From NCBI GenBank assembly GCA_036172245.1, contig JAYWIR010000069.1, positions 248,001 through 312,000 on the forward strand: a stretch of DNA of 64,000 nt. The letters are read 5' to 3'. The position numbers and the translations under genes were made by a program. The notes under the pieces are model-generated. The model had not been told where the DNA came from and searched no databases. It worked only from the letters and a program-made list of their open reading frames with translations. Positions 37,151-49,666 of the stretch are shown here, one piece after another. Each line of letters begins with the position of its first letter. The stretch's first letter is position 1. The stretch is from Raillietiella orientalis (taxonomy: Eukaryota).

Positions 37151-40100
37151 CGTCCGCGTACGACACCTTCCCGGGAATCGCGCGCACATACTACGTGCGC
37201 CCCTGATGCTGTGCTCCGACACGTACACAGAGCACACGGGTACGTACCGCCAACACGAAACGTACGGTCTTGTACTCAAGTGTCCTGAAACGTGTTTGCT
37301 GCTTGCTTCCGCGTGCGCGCGAACTGTGACGGCCTCGCCTAAAGCGCATGCCGTTCACACGCGCCGCGTATGCTAAACGCTGTTCCACCGAGCGCCAGCC
37401 CCAAGCCGTTTCCACGCTCGGCAAGGCGCGAAGGGAGGGAGGGGGCACTTGCGGTGGCGGCGTTTCGAAAAGAGGGAGGGGGGCTCACTGCGATTGGGGC
37501 ACTCGGATTCGTGGAGGATGCCACCACCCGCGTACGCGAGTCCTCTCTATCGCTCTCATGCGCAGCATGTCGCGCATGAGGTGCAACACGAGACCGCCGC
37601 TGCCCACACAGCCGAGCGGAGCCATTGTGGACGTACCGACTAGCGCGCGTGGTTGCGTGCTCATCGGGCATGGACGATCGCAAGCGCTCGCAGACGCGTG
37701 CGCGGACGTGTGCGTGGGGTGCGGAGCTGGAAATGGACGCAGGTCGAGGCTGCCCTCCTGATTTCGGGCGCGAGCGTGTCGCGATTCGCCATCCGCTGAC
37801 CAGCAGCCCCGTTTCCATCAGCGACGATTCGACGCGCTCCACCGTGTCACCCGATAGGTGCGCGCCCGTTGCCGAAGCTATGGGCGCAGCGGCTCCGCGC
37901 TCGACGACAGCCGAGACGCCAATGACGGCAGCTCCGCACGCAGGCGATGGAGGCGGACCGGCTGAGACCGATGTGAGTTGATTGGGAACGCACGTGTCTT
38001 GCCGCTGCCTGTGTCCCGGGCACGCCGGGTAGCCGGAGGGAGGTCGACGGCTGGGAAGCCAGAGCGCTGCTGCTGCCCGAGTACCGATTTTCGGGACCCT
38101 TCCTCCGAAAGGACCAGCATGGCACCGTGCAAGCCGAACGGCCTCCCTGAGGCGTCCGCGAGGCGAACGGAGGTCACACGTTTCCACGGTCCTAGGGAGC
38201 CCAGAAGATTGCGCCGAGAAGCTGAGGAAGCGGGAACAGAAAGCGCCGACCTCCTCGAACGCCCGAGGGAATCTCACGGAGGACACGGAAGCGATCTCCA
38301 GGCATCCCCGCCCGCTACGCTCGGGAACTGTTTGGCAGAAGAAGAGCGAAAAGATACCTCTGCGTTGCTGGAGTAGGCACTGCCCATGACTCCAGGAGAG
38401 ACGGGTCCGTTTCCTGGTCACGCCGTTCCAGCGCTCCTACCGATGCCCCACTGCCGTTCTCGTAACCGACGGGGTCGGAGCAGAAGCAGCTCCAAGCAGG
38501 CCTGGAGCTGTCGGTTTGGGGCGATCCGGCATCTTTTCCTGGTCCCGGAAAGAGGGCTCTTCTCCCGGTGAGATTCCTGGGAAGGTGTGCGCGCGCCAGA
38601 GGATTGCCCCGGGGATTGATCGTCCCGCGTCCCTAATCTTCTAAGGTGAGCTCCGGCAGACCTCCGGTCCCTTTTGGATGCTCGTGCGAGTTCCAACACA
38701 GCTCCTTCGGACTCGCCCGACCCCCGAAACAAACTGCGGCGTCGGAGAGCATGCTCAGCCACTCCCTGGAGACCGACCGCCTGCCTCCTGCCTTAACGTC
38801 AGTGGCTGGGCTTCCGGGAAAGCGCTCGTACGGAAAACTCGCGGCGCCACCGGCGGATTCGCGCAGATTCCGACGGCGCTCACGGAGATGGTGTGAGCGC
38901 GAAGGGCAGGGGCCGCCTCGGGTTGCCATCTAGCGGCGGAACCGCCGAAGTGCACCCCCGAGCACGGGTAATGGTGGTGCTCGCGTCACTCGCACCACGG
39001 CTCTTCGGCAAGAGCGAGCGCCGCAATACGCGCAGAGCTCGCGGAAATGAGCAGGTAGACCGCCATGCCGCCGCGCTCAACAGGATCGACCGCATCTTAA
39101 TGGAGGCACGCGAGCGCCAGCCTCCCATCTCTTCCGCTGGAGAACAGACGGAGCTTTTCCTCCGTCCTCCGCGCTAGGTGGGTGGGTGGGAGCTAAGCTC
39201 CGTAAAGCGGGAAGGAGGCGAGCCGTGGAGGACGCCATCCGCCTGCCTTCTCTCCCCTTCGGGGATGCCACGGGGATGAGAACTTTCCTGGACGCTTCCG
39301 CTGCCCCGACGGCCTCCCAGAAGGCACAGAAAGCAACGAATTTCAAAAGCGAGAGGGCACGGATTCTTCGACCCTGCCCTCGCCCTGAGGCGCGAGCGCG
39401 CGGAGGATTCCTGCAGACAAGGCGACCCCCTACCGTGTGCGCGAGAGAGGAATCTTTCTGGGAGACTCCGTCTGGGGTCGCTCCTTCCAGCAGCGGCGGC
39501 GGAAACGGACGCATCCGTAGGCGTCCTACGCCACTCTCCGGGAAAAAAAACGGAAAAATTCCTGCTTCTTCCTGCCCCTGGAGAAGCGACGAAGTCGGGA
39601 GAGCGTCGTCCTTGGCTCCGTCCGAAAGAAGGAAGCCCTGCTTTCCTTACTGTCCGGGAAGTCGGTCGTTCCATCAGCCAGCAGGGTGGACCGCCTGCTC
39701 CGTCCGCTTCGGCGCCAAACGAAACTCGCGCCGGCGAGAGCCAGCGCGCGCGCGTTCCGCCCGATCGCCCGCTGCCCACCCGCAAATATATAATTTTTTT
39801 TTTTTTCCATCCTCCTAAAATTGGAAGACATCGCGCGCACGTGCTTCGTCTCGCACGCACGTCTCTCTGGAGTCACATCGGCGCCTACGCCTCAGTCCAC
39901 CCGCCCGTGCTTACCATCCTCGTGGTGCGGAAATGGTGCTTATCACGAACGTGCGCGCGCTACTTCCAGTGTGCAGCAGCCATACGAGCTCAAGGATCTG
40001 AAGGGAATGTCTCCCTTCTGTGAGCTGCCTTGCCTGCTTCTCTCTCTCTCTCTCCCTCTCTTTCGTTTTTTTTTTTTTTTTTTTTTTTATTTTTGAAGGA

Positions 40101-41086
40101 AAGGATGGGCCGTTCGGGCGATAAGTACACAGATTTACTCTCGTTCGAAGCGATCTGGCATCACCAAGGTGTTTTTCAGCATTGCATTTCGAGGATGCCC
40201 TCGCTGCATTTGCTAATCGTTCGGGAGGGGGGGGGGGGGAAGAACCTTGCAGTTACCCACAATCCAACTGCTTGGTTGTTGTTTGCTGCCCTGCTTTGCA
40301 TTGTTTATTTCCACTTCCGTTCGAGCTCTCTCTCTGGCGCCCCCCATGGCGTTCAGCACCTGAGCGCTTCCTGTACTGTCTTGCGAAACGACTGTACGTA
40401 CACGCTGCTCTCCTCGCGCTGTCATTGAAGACTGAGAAGGGTGTACACGGAACTGCTTCCCAGAGGCTTTACCCGACTGTCGCGCCGGTTAACAAAGCGT
40501 ACGGAAAAACGTCCCGAAAAAGGCCTCTAGCATGAAAAGACCCCACGTTGGTTGGATGGCCTCCATCGAATCGTCAGTCAGACGACAACCACTGGATCGT
40601 AGTGTGTAGTGTGTACGTAACGTCGACGTGAACGTATAGCATTATTTTTCGTCGTTGCAGGTCAAAAGTCATAAAGGGCATCTCTATGTCGAGAGACGAC
40701 GACGGTGCATAGGTGTGACTTATCTGCAAGTTCAGCTTTCTGGGACGTTCGTGCTCACTGCGAGCATTCCAAGTTTATGTTCGACATGGTCTTCTACAGG
40801 AAAATCAATTCTTCCGAAGTCCTTCCCCCCGTCCCCCATCCCACCCCCCAAGAAGGCATGCATTTTTTTCGCTTCATCCCTCTTCACATTCAGTGACCCC
40901 TGCTTCGAACTGCGCTTGTAATTTATCTTTCGTGAAATATTGTGAGAAACTAGGATAACCGAAGCTATAAAAAATTGCAAGTTGAAATTTGAAATTGTCC
41001 CCCCCCCCCATCTCGAAAAGGTGGCCAACTCTCCAGCCCAAGTAATTGCGAAAAAGATCACTGATTAAATAATACGATGCAATGCT

Positions 41087-41230
41087 GAGAGAGAGAGGGA
41101 GAGAGAGAGAGAGAGGAAGAAAGAAAAAAAGAGAAGGAGAGAGAGAAAAGAAAAAAAAAAAAATAAATTTGTAGAGGAAACACACACCTCTTGTTGTTCC
41201 CTTTCTCTCCCTCTCTCTCTCTCTTTTCCT
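41087..41230. repeat. GA-rich tract followed by CT-rich tract upstream of trunk
   Basis: (GA)n and poly-A at 41087-41163; (CT)n at ~41199-41230. Confidence 0.85.
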
Positions 41231-41847
41231 TCAAAAAGCAGTTGATAATCTATCGATAATCTGTAAGATTTTTCCGAACTCGATACATGAAATTTGTTAA
41301 TGAATGTGCCCCACATTCGAACTCAGAAAGTTTGCTTTGTAATCAATCCCGGAAAGTCTTGCTATTGAGGTTCGTCAGCACATTTCAATCTAAGCTTTGA
41401 AACAAGGCGTCATATTTTGCTAACTTTATAGAATTTCCAAAGTTTCAGCCGTCGCGTTTTTTTCCTTTGATTTCCAAAGATTTGCATGTCTAATGTTTGA
41501 CACGAATTATTATTGCTGATCAGTTTACCCTTGTTAATCTCGTGACGCCTGGCGTCTTTTGTGACCTCGGGTCAATTCGATCACAAGTGTATCAGAGAGA
41601 GAAGTGGTATAGTATTTTAGCTGCACATTCGTTCAAATGTGACATAATTGGACAGACGCGGCTCAAAAAAAGTGCAAAGTGCCCCCACATGACTTCATAT
41701 GCTTTACGGCTACGAAAATGGCGGAAGCGAATTGATGAAGAATAAAGGACCTTCTTCAGTGCATGGCTGTCATTGAATTTAGACAAACATTAGTCACATA
41801 CAAAGGTCATGTGAACTTTTTCATAATGACTATGCTCTTCCCGAACG

Positions 41848-43041
41848 ATGTTATTATCTATTGAGAATCAGTGTAGGACGCTGTGCCGTATTACCCATGT
41901 GCTTCTCTTACTCAGTTCGTTAAAAAACGGCACAATGAGTGCGTTTCTGCGGTTGAACCCTGAAGGAAACCACAACAACAAAAGCCTCCAGATACGCCAC
42001 CTAAAGCACCACGAGTCGCAACACATGCTTCAGTTGACGAGCAAGAAGCAGAACAGTTCTGGCAGCGACCCCCGAGTGCTTGCAGCCGACCCGTTTTCCC
42101 TCCAAGAAAACAGCGAGGTTTTCAATCTGGAGCGCAAACAGACCAACGGAAGTAAAAGTGAGCCTCAGTCGCCGATCTACCTGTTGCCCCTTCTGAGTGC
42201 CAACAGGAGTCAAAGCAAAAGACCGCCGCCCCGTCCCTGCAAACGATGGACCAGAGACATGCTCAAGAGGGTGTTGGGATCGGCTTTCAACGCTCGTTAC
42301 ATGTCCATAACCAAACCGTTGACTTTAGCCAGCATCGGAAAAGCAGACGACACGACGAGGGCGCAGCAGATGCCTCGTGACCAGATATTCAGGAAAAACA
42401 GTGCTACCGACCTTCCGTTCAGTGCGAATCCCGGATACTTCAAGATAAAGTCCAAGTTCATACATTACCCGCACGCACACAGGAGCCCTCGCAGGTCGAG
42501 GCGGCACGCACGCAAGCCCGCCGCGAAACCGAGCGCGGAAGACTTCTCCCGAAATGTGTCTTCTGCTGACCGGGGGGGTTACAGGTCTTCGCCGGCGGGC
42601 GCGAAGCTCTCCGGGAAGCGCTCGGGACACAGTGAGGCGCTCCACGCGAACTCGACGTCCACGGATTTCATAGGGAACATGCCTTGGAAGTGCGACTACG
42701 AGGTCAAGTGGATGGACCTCGGCCAGGACCACTTTCCGCGGTACCTCCGCTCTGCAGAGTGCACGTCGAAAACGTGCTGGTACAACTATATACTGTGCAG
42801 GCCTCGTGCGTTCACCGTACACGTCCTGAAACGATGGAGTGATAAGTGCGTCGCTACGCCTCTGAACCTCACGGACTCCCTGCCGACCGACTACGACGAC
42901 TACCCACGGGAAGACTACGACGCCGACGGCCCCGTTCCGGCAGTGGGTTTCCCAGATTCCAGGTTACCTTTTGAATTGCAAGAAAAATGGGTCTGGATGG
43001 AGATTGGAGTTACATTCTGTTGCGAGTGCGCTTTCCAGTGA
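41848..43041 (+). CDS. trk: Trunk (noggin-like/trunk/PTTH family cystine-knot ligand of Torso-type RTKs), 397 aa, apparently single coding exon
   Basis: N-terminal family motif C...LKRVLGSAFNARYMSI; multibasic RSPRRSRR; C-terminal knot WKCDYEVKWMDLGQDHFPRYLRSAECTSKTCWY..CRPRAFTVHVLKR..C..LPFELQEKWVWMEIGVTFCCEC; hydrophobic stretch ITHVLLLLSSL as a possible signal peptide. Start codon less certain than the rest. Confidence 0.92.
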   Translation: MLLSIENQCRTLCRITHVLLLLSSLKNGTMSAFLRLNPEGNHNNKSLQIRHLKHHESQHMLQLTSKKQNSSGSDPRVLAADPFSLQENSEVFNLERKQTNGSKSEPQSPIYLLPLLSANRSQSKRPPPRPCKRWTRDMLKRVLGSAFNARYMSITKPLTLASIGKADDTTRAQQMPRDQIFRKNSATDLPFSANPGYFKIKSKFIHYPHAHRSPRRSRRHARKPAAKPSAEDFSRNVSSADRGGYRSSPAGAKLSGKRSGHSEALHANSTSTDFIGNMPWKCDYEVKWMDLGQDHFPRYLRSAECTSKTCWYNYILCRPRAFTVHVLKRWSDKCVATPLNLTDSLPTDYDDYPREDYDADGPVPAVGFPDSRLPFELQEKWVWMEIGVTFCCECAFQ

Positions 43042-43511
43042 TTTGATTTTATTTTATTTCATTTTTTTTGCTCTGGGGGGACGTGCCAGACCTGCCCCCC
43101 TCCCTCCCCCTGTTTCCATTGTACTGAGAATACAGACAAATTTGTTCCCAGCACACGCATGCCTGTTCATTTACCTGGTTTGCCTTTGGTGCTTGATGAT
43201 ACATCCCCTCAGGGACACAACCCTTTGCATGGAGAGGAAAAAACAAACAAACCGGTCACTAGGGTTTCAAACTTTTTATTTATTTATTTATTTTTTTTTC
43301 ATGACTTTGCTGCTATGTCACGCTCAGAACCGGGAAACAACAAACCACCAAAAAAGTTTGCGGCACAATTTCACAATTTAGGAGTTCCCAATGAAAGAGA
43401 TGAGAACTAACAAATAATTTGTATTTTTTCATAAATTTACAAAATAGATTCAGTTGTGTATAGATTTCAAATGCACAGCAAACACACTGCACTGCATGCT
43501 AAGTCAACACA

Positions 43512-44636
43512 TCAAGACAAGCTGATCCGATGCATTAATAGTATGACTAAAAATATGCTCAATAAAGTTAATAAAAGGAAATGCATCACATCAGCAATCC
43601 CAAAACAATTTCTCAATCCAGAATTCCCAGTAGGCTGAATGCTGCTTGCTTTGTTTTCACCAAAAGGCTGGGGTCTGGATTCTGTTGCCTCATGCACATT
43701 TGTATTATTACCCACATTGGAATCAAGGAAAAGATTTTCCCTTAGACCTTCAAGCACCTGATCTTTTTTGTCATCCTCTCCCTACAAATAGGAATTTTTC
43801 TTTATCAAATTTCAACAGATAAAGACCTTAATATTCATGTTTGATGCCAACAGTGCTGCTTCTTCTTTCACACCCTGACCTTTTTCTGTGCGGGGTTCCA
43901 ATAAGTCTTTAATGCTTCCACATGTTGTACATACCCAGTCCTGAGATCTGTAAGCACCATTAAATCACCGTATTTATTTTTCCAGCAAAAATGTGAGCAT
44001 ACTTTTTGGCTAAAAGCTTTCTTTCTTCTGGAGTAAAATCCAATGAACCCACTGCACCATTTCCCGGTGTGGGCATAAAACCAACTATAGCAAGAAGTGC
44101 TGTCCGGATGGACCAAGATGGTTGCCATCTTTCTGGATGGTGATCACTGATGCTTAGGCAAATTCGCTTATTGACTTCAAATCTGCCATTGGGCTACACA
44201 AAGAAATGCTTTAGACTCAGAATTCAACCAGCAGGCTTGGCATCAAAAAAATGTCAGCAGCTTTTGCAAGGTACTGTATTAAATTTAGTGTAAATGCACA
44301 AGGTATTACCGTTAGTAAAATTATGCTGGGTGGTTGCATTGGATAGTCAGGTGGAAGAATTATCCTTCCATGATAATACCCCGTATCAAAGTCCGAATCT
44401 GCGGGACCTCTAACTGTAAAATGCCACTCAAAGAGATTGTCTTCCAGAGGGTGTGCACTGAATTCTTCTGTTGGCTTCCTGAGCTCAATTGCTTCTCTCA
44501 TGAGGCGCTTCACAGCTTCAAAATTAAACACGAAATGAGCCAACAACTCTAAACATCAACATGCACACATAAAGCACTTTAAAGAGGTACCTCGACATCT
44601 CGTATTGTATTTCCTCTCAAAATCTTGCGATTCCAT
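43512..44636 (-). CDS. UBE2J1: Ubiquitin-conjugating enzyme E2 J1 (ERAD, tail-anchored), 277 aa; exons 44636-44591, 44515-44310, 44193-44003, 43947-43827, 43781-43512
   Basis: AVKRLMREA..PLEDNLFEWHFTVRGPADSDFD.GYYHGRIILPPDYPMQPPSIILLT|PNGRFEVNKRICLSISDHHPERWQPSWSIRTALLAI (active-site Cys); CxxC motif; C-terminal TM FLLLTLLSIFLVILLM. GT-AG introns of 75, 116, 55 and 45 nt are in phase; minus-strand AATAAA at ~43275-43292. Confidence 0.96.
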
Positions 44637-47600
44637 GTTTGGAAATCTTCATACCAAATTAATGATAATTTTGCAGTTTTCCAATTCCTTTGCAAGCGTT
44701 CTTCTGAAAATCACTCACAACGTTAATACGCAGTTCTGCACAGATATCTGAACGGCCAACTCAACAACGACTTTGCATGGCAAAGGTGGCTGATGGAACT
44801 CGAAAAAGCACATTTACCTCTCTATTCCCACCCTTCCTCTGCCATGTCTTCCGATTTAAACACACCAAAAACGATCACACAGAAGCACAAAGGCCGTTCC
44901 ACTGCAGCAGAAACGTGGATTCATTTATGCACGGTGAATTTTCTTGCATGACGTGTGTGACGCAACGTGGGGGACTGTTGCAAACACCGACGACGTGCAC
45001 GTCGACGTGGGGGAAAGCACACTTTTTTGGGTCGGAACGTTTGCCCTCCCCGGTCGGGGGTGCTGCTGCACTCGGCTTATCCGGAAGTGACCTACGCAGT
45101 GGACGTTTCCTCTCTCACCCACCCCCCCTCCCTTCCCCAGCCAAACGGAATTCCCTGAGTCCCTCAGGAAGATGCTGTTGTTGCACCCTTTATTATTATT
45201 CGCAACGGAAAAAATCGCTGGCAGCCCCCGGGGGATGCTGCCGTCGCCTTTCCGGGTTTGCGCGGAACGGGGGATCCACAAATGGAGCTCCAGTCCGGTG
45301 GTCTGGCTCCAAGTGTCCTCAGCTGTTGCCTTGCAGGTGGCTCCAGGAACATCCACTCTTGGAGGCCGAGAACACGGCCGCTATGCTGTCGCAAGAGTGG
45401 CGCCCCTGACCGTGGGGGGGGGGGGGAAGCGTTCAATGCTTCTTCCGTTCGTCTCTCTCTCTCTCCAAAGATGATCTGAAAAGGAACGGATACGAAAACG
45501 GTACGCACGCGGTGAGGGCGTGCGTGCATCCAGGGTGGTTTGAATGCAAAGACGAAAAGTTCCCCTTCCACCCGAGGAGTGTCCCTCTGCGGCTTCCGTT
45601 CCTTCCTTTTGCGAAAAAACGAACCGTTCGGGTTCGGAACGTCGGCACGAAACGGCCGGGAGCCATCCTGCAGCTTCCCTGCCATTAGTGGAACAGTGCG
45701 AATTCAGTCAGCAACGGGCGAAATTCGGGATTTCTGCATACGTTCGGAGAATGGGAATTCCGCATCGAATCTCGCGGATCGGTGCACCCCCGAATAAATC
45801 CCAAACACGTTGGGGGAGAGCATTTTTCTACCTGCAGAACCGACGCCCCCCCCCCGAAGATGCAGTCCCCAGCACATTGGAGTCGAACCAGTTCCGAAGT
45901 AGAACCAAACAAATAACACTGCATAAAGATAATCATTTTTGCAACGGCACTACGGGGAAAACCTGTTTTCCAGCCAACACAGGGATGCCCCACCTAATTA
46001 CAAGAATCTCCTTCTTCGATTCTTCTTCCTTCCCTCGAGCTATCTTCAGCAGCAAAGTGACGCATTATTGCTGTTTGTGCTCCACTTGGAGCGTCATCAT
46101 CACCATCATTACTGCTTAAGAGAACGAATGTGCTTTCGCGAATGAGCATGCACCTTCCTCGTCCTTTGCCAGTGTACCAAAGGACAAAGGACACTTCGAA
46201 CCAAGTTTTGCCTCGAGGCTACGATGACACAAATAAATTGGATTCTCCTCTTTCGTCACTTTGTCCATCCTCTTCTTGTAGCTCGGAACATCATCGTGGA
46301 GACACTTGAAGACGAATGCTCCGTTTTGTTTTTTATGGTCAGGTCCAGGATCAGGTCTCTGTACAGCTTTGTGGCCAGCGAGCCACGTTCCTAAGCAAAC
46401 GAAAAAAGGCTTATATTATATCTCAGCAACTTAAACAAGTTCCCAACATGCCGGCTCGCGTTTCGTAGCAGTTCAGTCCTTCCTGATTCTACTTTCAGGA
46501 CTTTTTTTTTTTTTTTCCTTCGTTTTTTTTACGCCTCCCTCCGCCCTCCTGCTCCTCCTCGTACAAGAAAAAAATGCCGTCAACAAGAACTCGAAACAGA
46601 AGGCCTTATTTAGTATCCAGCCCTTTGCACTGACTTTCGGTGGTTCTACCCCTCCCCTTGCCTCAATTGACTGGAAATAATTCGTCCGCGCTTGCAGGGA
46701 TGAAAAAATATAATTACGAATGAGGCTGCAATTACTTCGGAGGAATTTCTTTTGATAAAAACCTTTGGGAGTAGCTTTCGAGGATAGTTCATATTCCGGA
46801 GGAATTATTTTTTGAAAACAAAATTCTCGTGCGAAGTGTCCAAACTACAGAAAAGGCGAATATGCGTGTATCATCATTTCTCGAAACAATTTTTACATTC
46901 ATATTTGTTTTAATCGTTCATTTTCAAGGGCACCTTGGTAAACGAAATTCTGCCGTGTCTCTGAACACTTTGGAAAGAATGGAAAATTCGCCTCTCACCT
47001 CTCACCTCTTAGCTTACCAAACACATGGATGGAGATGTTGCATTTTCGTTTTCATGAAGGGATGCCGCCAGAAAAAGTGTACCCACTGGCAACCCTGTCC
47101 GTTGGCTTGCATGGAGCCACGAAAATGATCTTTTCGCTTCCCCCCCCCCCCCAATTATACCACCTTATTTTCATCTGACAACATGGAGAGCATCAACGAC
47201 TTCTAATGGGTGACTATTACGTGCATTTGTTTGAAATACGAATTTTGGCTTTCTGATCGATTAGAATCGCAATTCTTCACGAAACGTAACTCTGGAATTC
47301 CGCGACGGAGAGTGCATTATAATTTAAGAGGGATGAAAACTTGCGTTTCTCCAGCTGGAGGCACTTTCGAATGAGCGGGAATGCATCATTAGCATTTTAT
47401 AGTTATTTTCCTGTGTACAGAAAGTGAGCGATGACTCTGTAAGGAGCATTTCTTCTTTTCTCTTTTTTCCGATCGTAGCATGAAGAATCATCAGAAGCAA
47501 TTTGCTTCGAGTACCAACCTTTGCTAATCCTCATTCGGAAAATACATCAAGAATGTTTCAGAGGTCACCAATTAAAAGGGCATTTCCGTCTCTACTGAAT

Positions 47601-49666
47601 GTTCCCTTTGTACGAAATTGAACTGTTTCAGTAAATTCCTAAGTGTGTGGCATTCCTGCTTTGAAGAGTGCATAAACTCCGAGGACTGCATTCCTCCGAT
47701 GAATGAGTGAATTTCACGTTGCCACCGACTTCGGGGTGTTCGAGATCGTCTCCATAGAAAACGATAGCTGTCGAGAATAAGGGAACATGGAGTCAATTGA
47801 GCTTTCACATAGGAAATGCCCTCGGGAAAAGGATCCGAAAAAGAATGCCAATTTTTAATCTGCTGGTTTTGTTCCACTCTCGTCTGATGCCCGACTCAGT
47901 CCGAAACGGCTACGCGGTAGCCATCGTTCTTTTGGGCAATCGTGAAAATCGAAATGACTTATTTATGCAACCATACAAAGCATTTAAACAAGGGATGCAG
48001 ATGAAAAGAGTTTCAATTCTTTTTTCAGATGCTTTCCGAAAAAAAAAAAAAAAAAAAAAGCCTAGTGCTTTGATTGCACCGTTAGTGCCATGTCCGACAC
48101 AACTCCGTACACAGCTCTCTGTGGAGTTGTTGAAAATTTGCCGTCGCACATATCACTGAGGAGAAAGTCAACTCGATGCTTTTCCTTCTCAAGAAATGTT
48201 TGCTAATTATCCTGAGGAGCTGTTCATTCTCCTTGGACGTTTTCGAACCCGCCGAACAGAGCGATCATCGGACTGTTAAGTCTAAGGTCTCCAGGGCGTT
48301 CCCAAGACCCTGTTGTGGCCTTTCATTTCGAGGAAGCAGATGTTTCTCTTTTCTTCTATCTCTTCTGCCATTCTTCCTTCTATTATCTTTCTTCTATCTA
48401 TCATGTCCTCTTCGGAAAGTCCTTTTCCACATTCTTCACAAACTTAAATCGCAGCCCACGTTCCGACTGTGAGGTCACGGTTTCTTGCTTTGCTTCAGGC
48501 AACGATTCGAAGACGAGGCTAACTCATATTTGTCAGATCGGAAAAATCCATTCCAACGTGCCTTCTTAAAGAGGTACGTGCAAATCAGCCTCTTTATCAA
48601 GTACGCCAATCTTCACCTACTTGACAGGAATAATAAAGGCGTAACCGTTAGAGGTTTAAATGAAAGTCAGCTAATCCTTTCGCCTCAGTGTCAGTTCCCA
48701 TTTTCAGTGGTCCACTGAACTGCCTTTTTCTCCATGTGTTTCATAGATTTTGCACGCTCTTGCCGCCGGCTCCGCCGCTCGCTCCTGCGGCAGCTCCCCT
48801 CGTTGGTTTCCGGTCATCCGGGATCTTTGAGAACTCCGTAGGAGCGTCCTGGCTTATTTTGTTTCCGAATCGGCCATCGCTCCTCTTCTTCCCAGCAGTG
48901 CCTTCACGTGACTTTGAAGGAAAGTGTGGCATGGGAAGTGGTGATAGAGTAAACATCCACGCTGCTCAGGAACTTCAAGCCATCAGACCTATCCTGATGT
49001 AATGGGGAGCAAGGGTTTCCGTTTGATCTGTGAGCACAAAACTCCACACGCATCCTTGCTTTCTGTAGAGGCAACTTTCACTCGATCAGGAGAGCATTCC
49101 AGTTCTTTGGAGCATGCTTTCATTCCGATCAAAAACAAAAAAAGTGATCTGCCGTATGTTTACGTCCACTCTCAGTTTGCAAAGGGAGTTTTCAATTAGC
49201 TTCCTCTCATTTTATTAATGCAACATTATGTGCGCGCGTTTGCATACTTTGGTGTTTGAAACCGTCAGTCCTTGCGATACAAAAGGAAGCGATGTAATCA
49301 TTTTGTTATCTGCTTCTTGGGAGATCGATCGTGCTGCTGATCACTGTGAGTCACTTTATTTGCTCTCGTTATCTGCTTGTATGAGACATTGAAGCCGGAA
49401 GATCAACCATTTCCATCGGGATTGCTCCCATCCAGACAGAACAGTTTCCGGAATTAGAGAAAGTCACTGCTGACAGTTTTCAGCAGCCTTCTTCGCCGAC
49501 ATGCGGACCGAAAGATCTTGAATAATAAGCATCATTCTTCAATTCCAGCATTTTCGAGTCTTGTGGGATGTTATATAGTAGCTTCATCTACCCTAATTTT
49601 GTCCGTATCGCAAGAAAAATTCCAAGAGTTTATTTAGTAATTATGCAGTTTGACTTGTAGCTATGC

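Noticed and set aside
41848..43041. Assignment as PTTH or true noggin
   Set aside because: The LGSAFNARYMS motif plus the W.C...W.DLG..HFPRYLRS.EC and FCCEC ending match trunk better.
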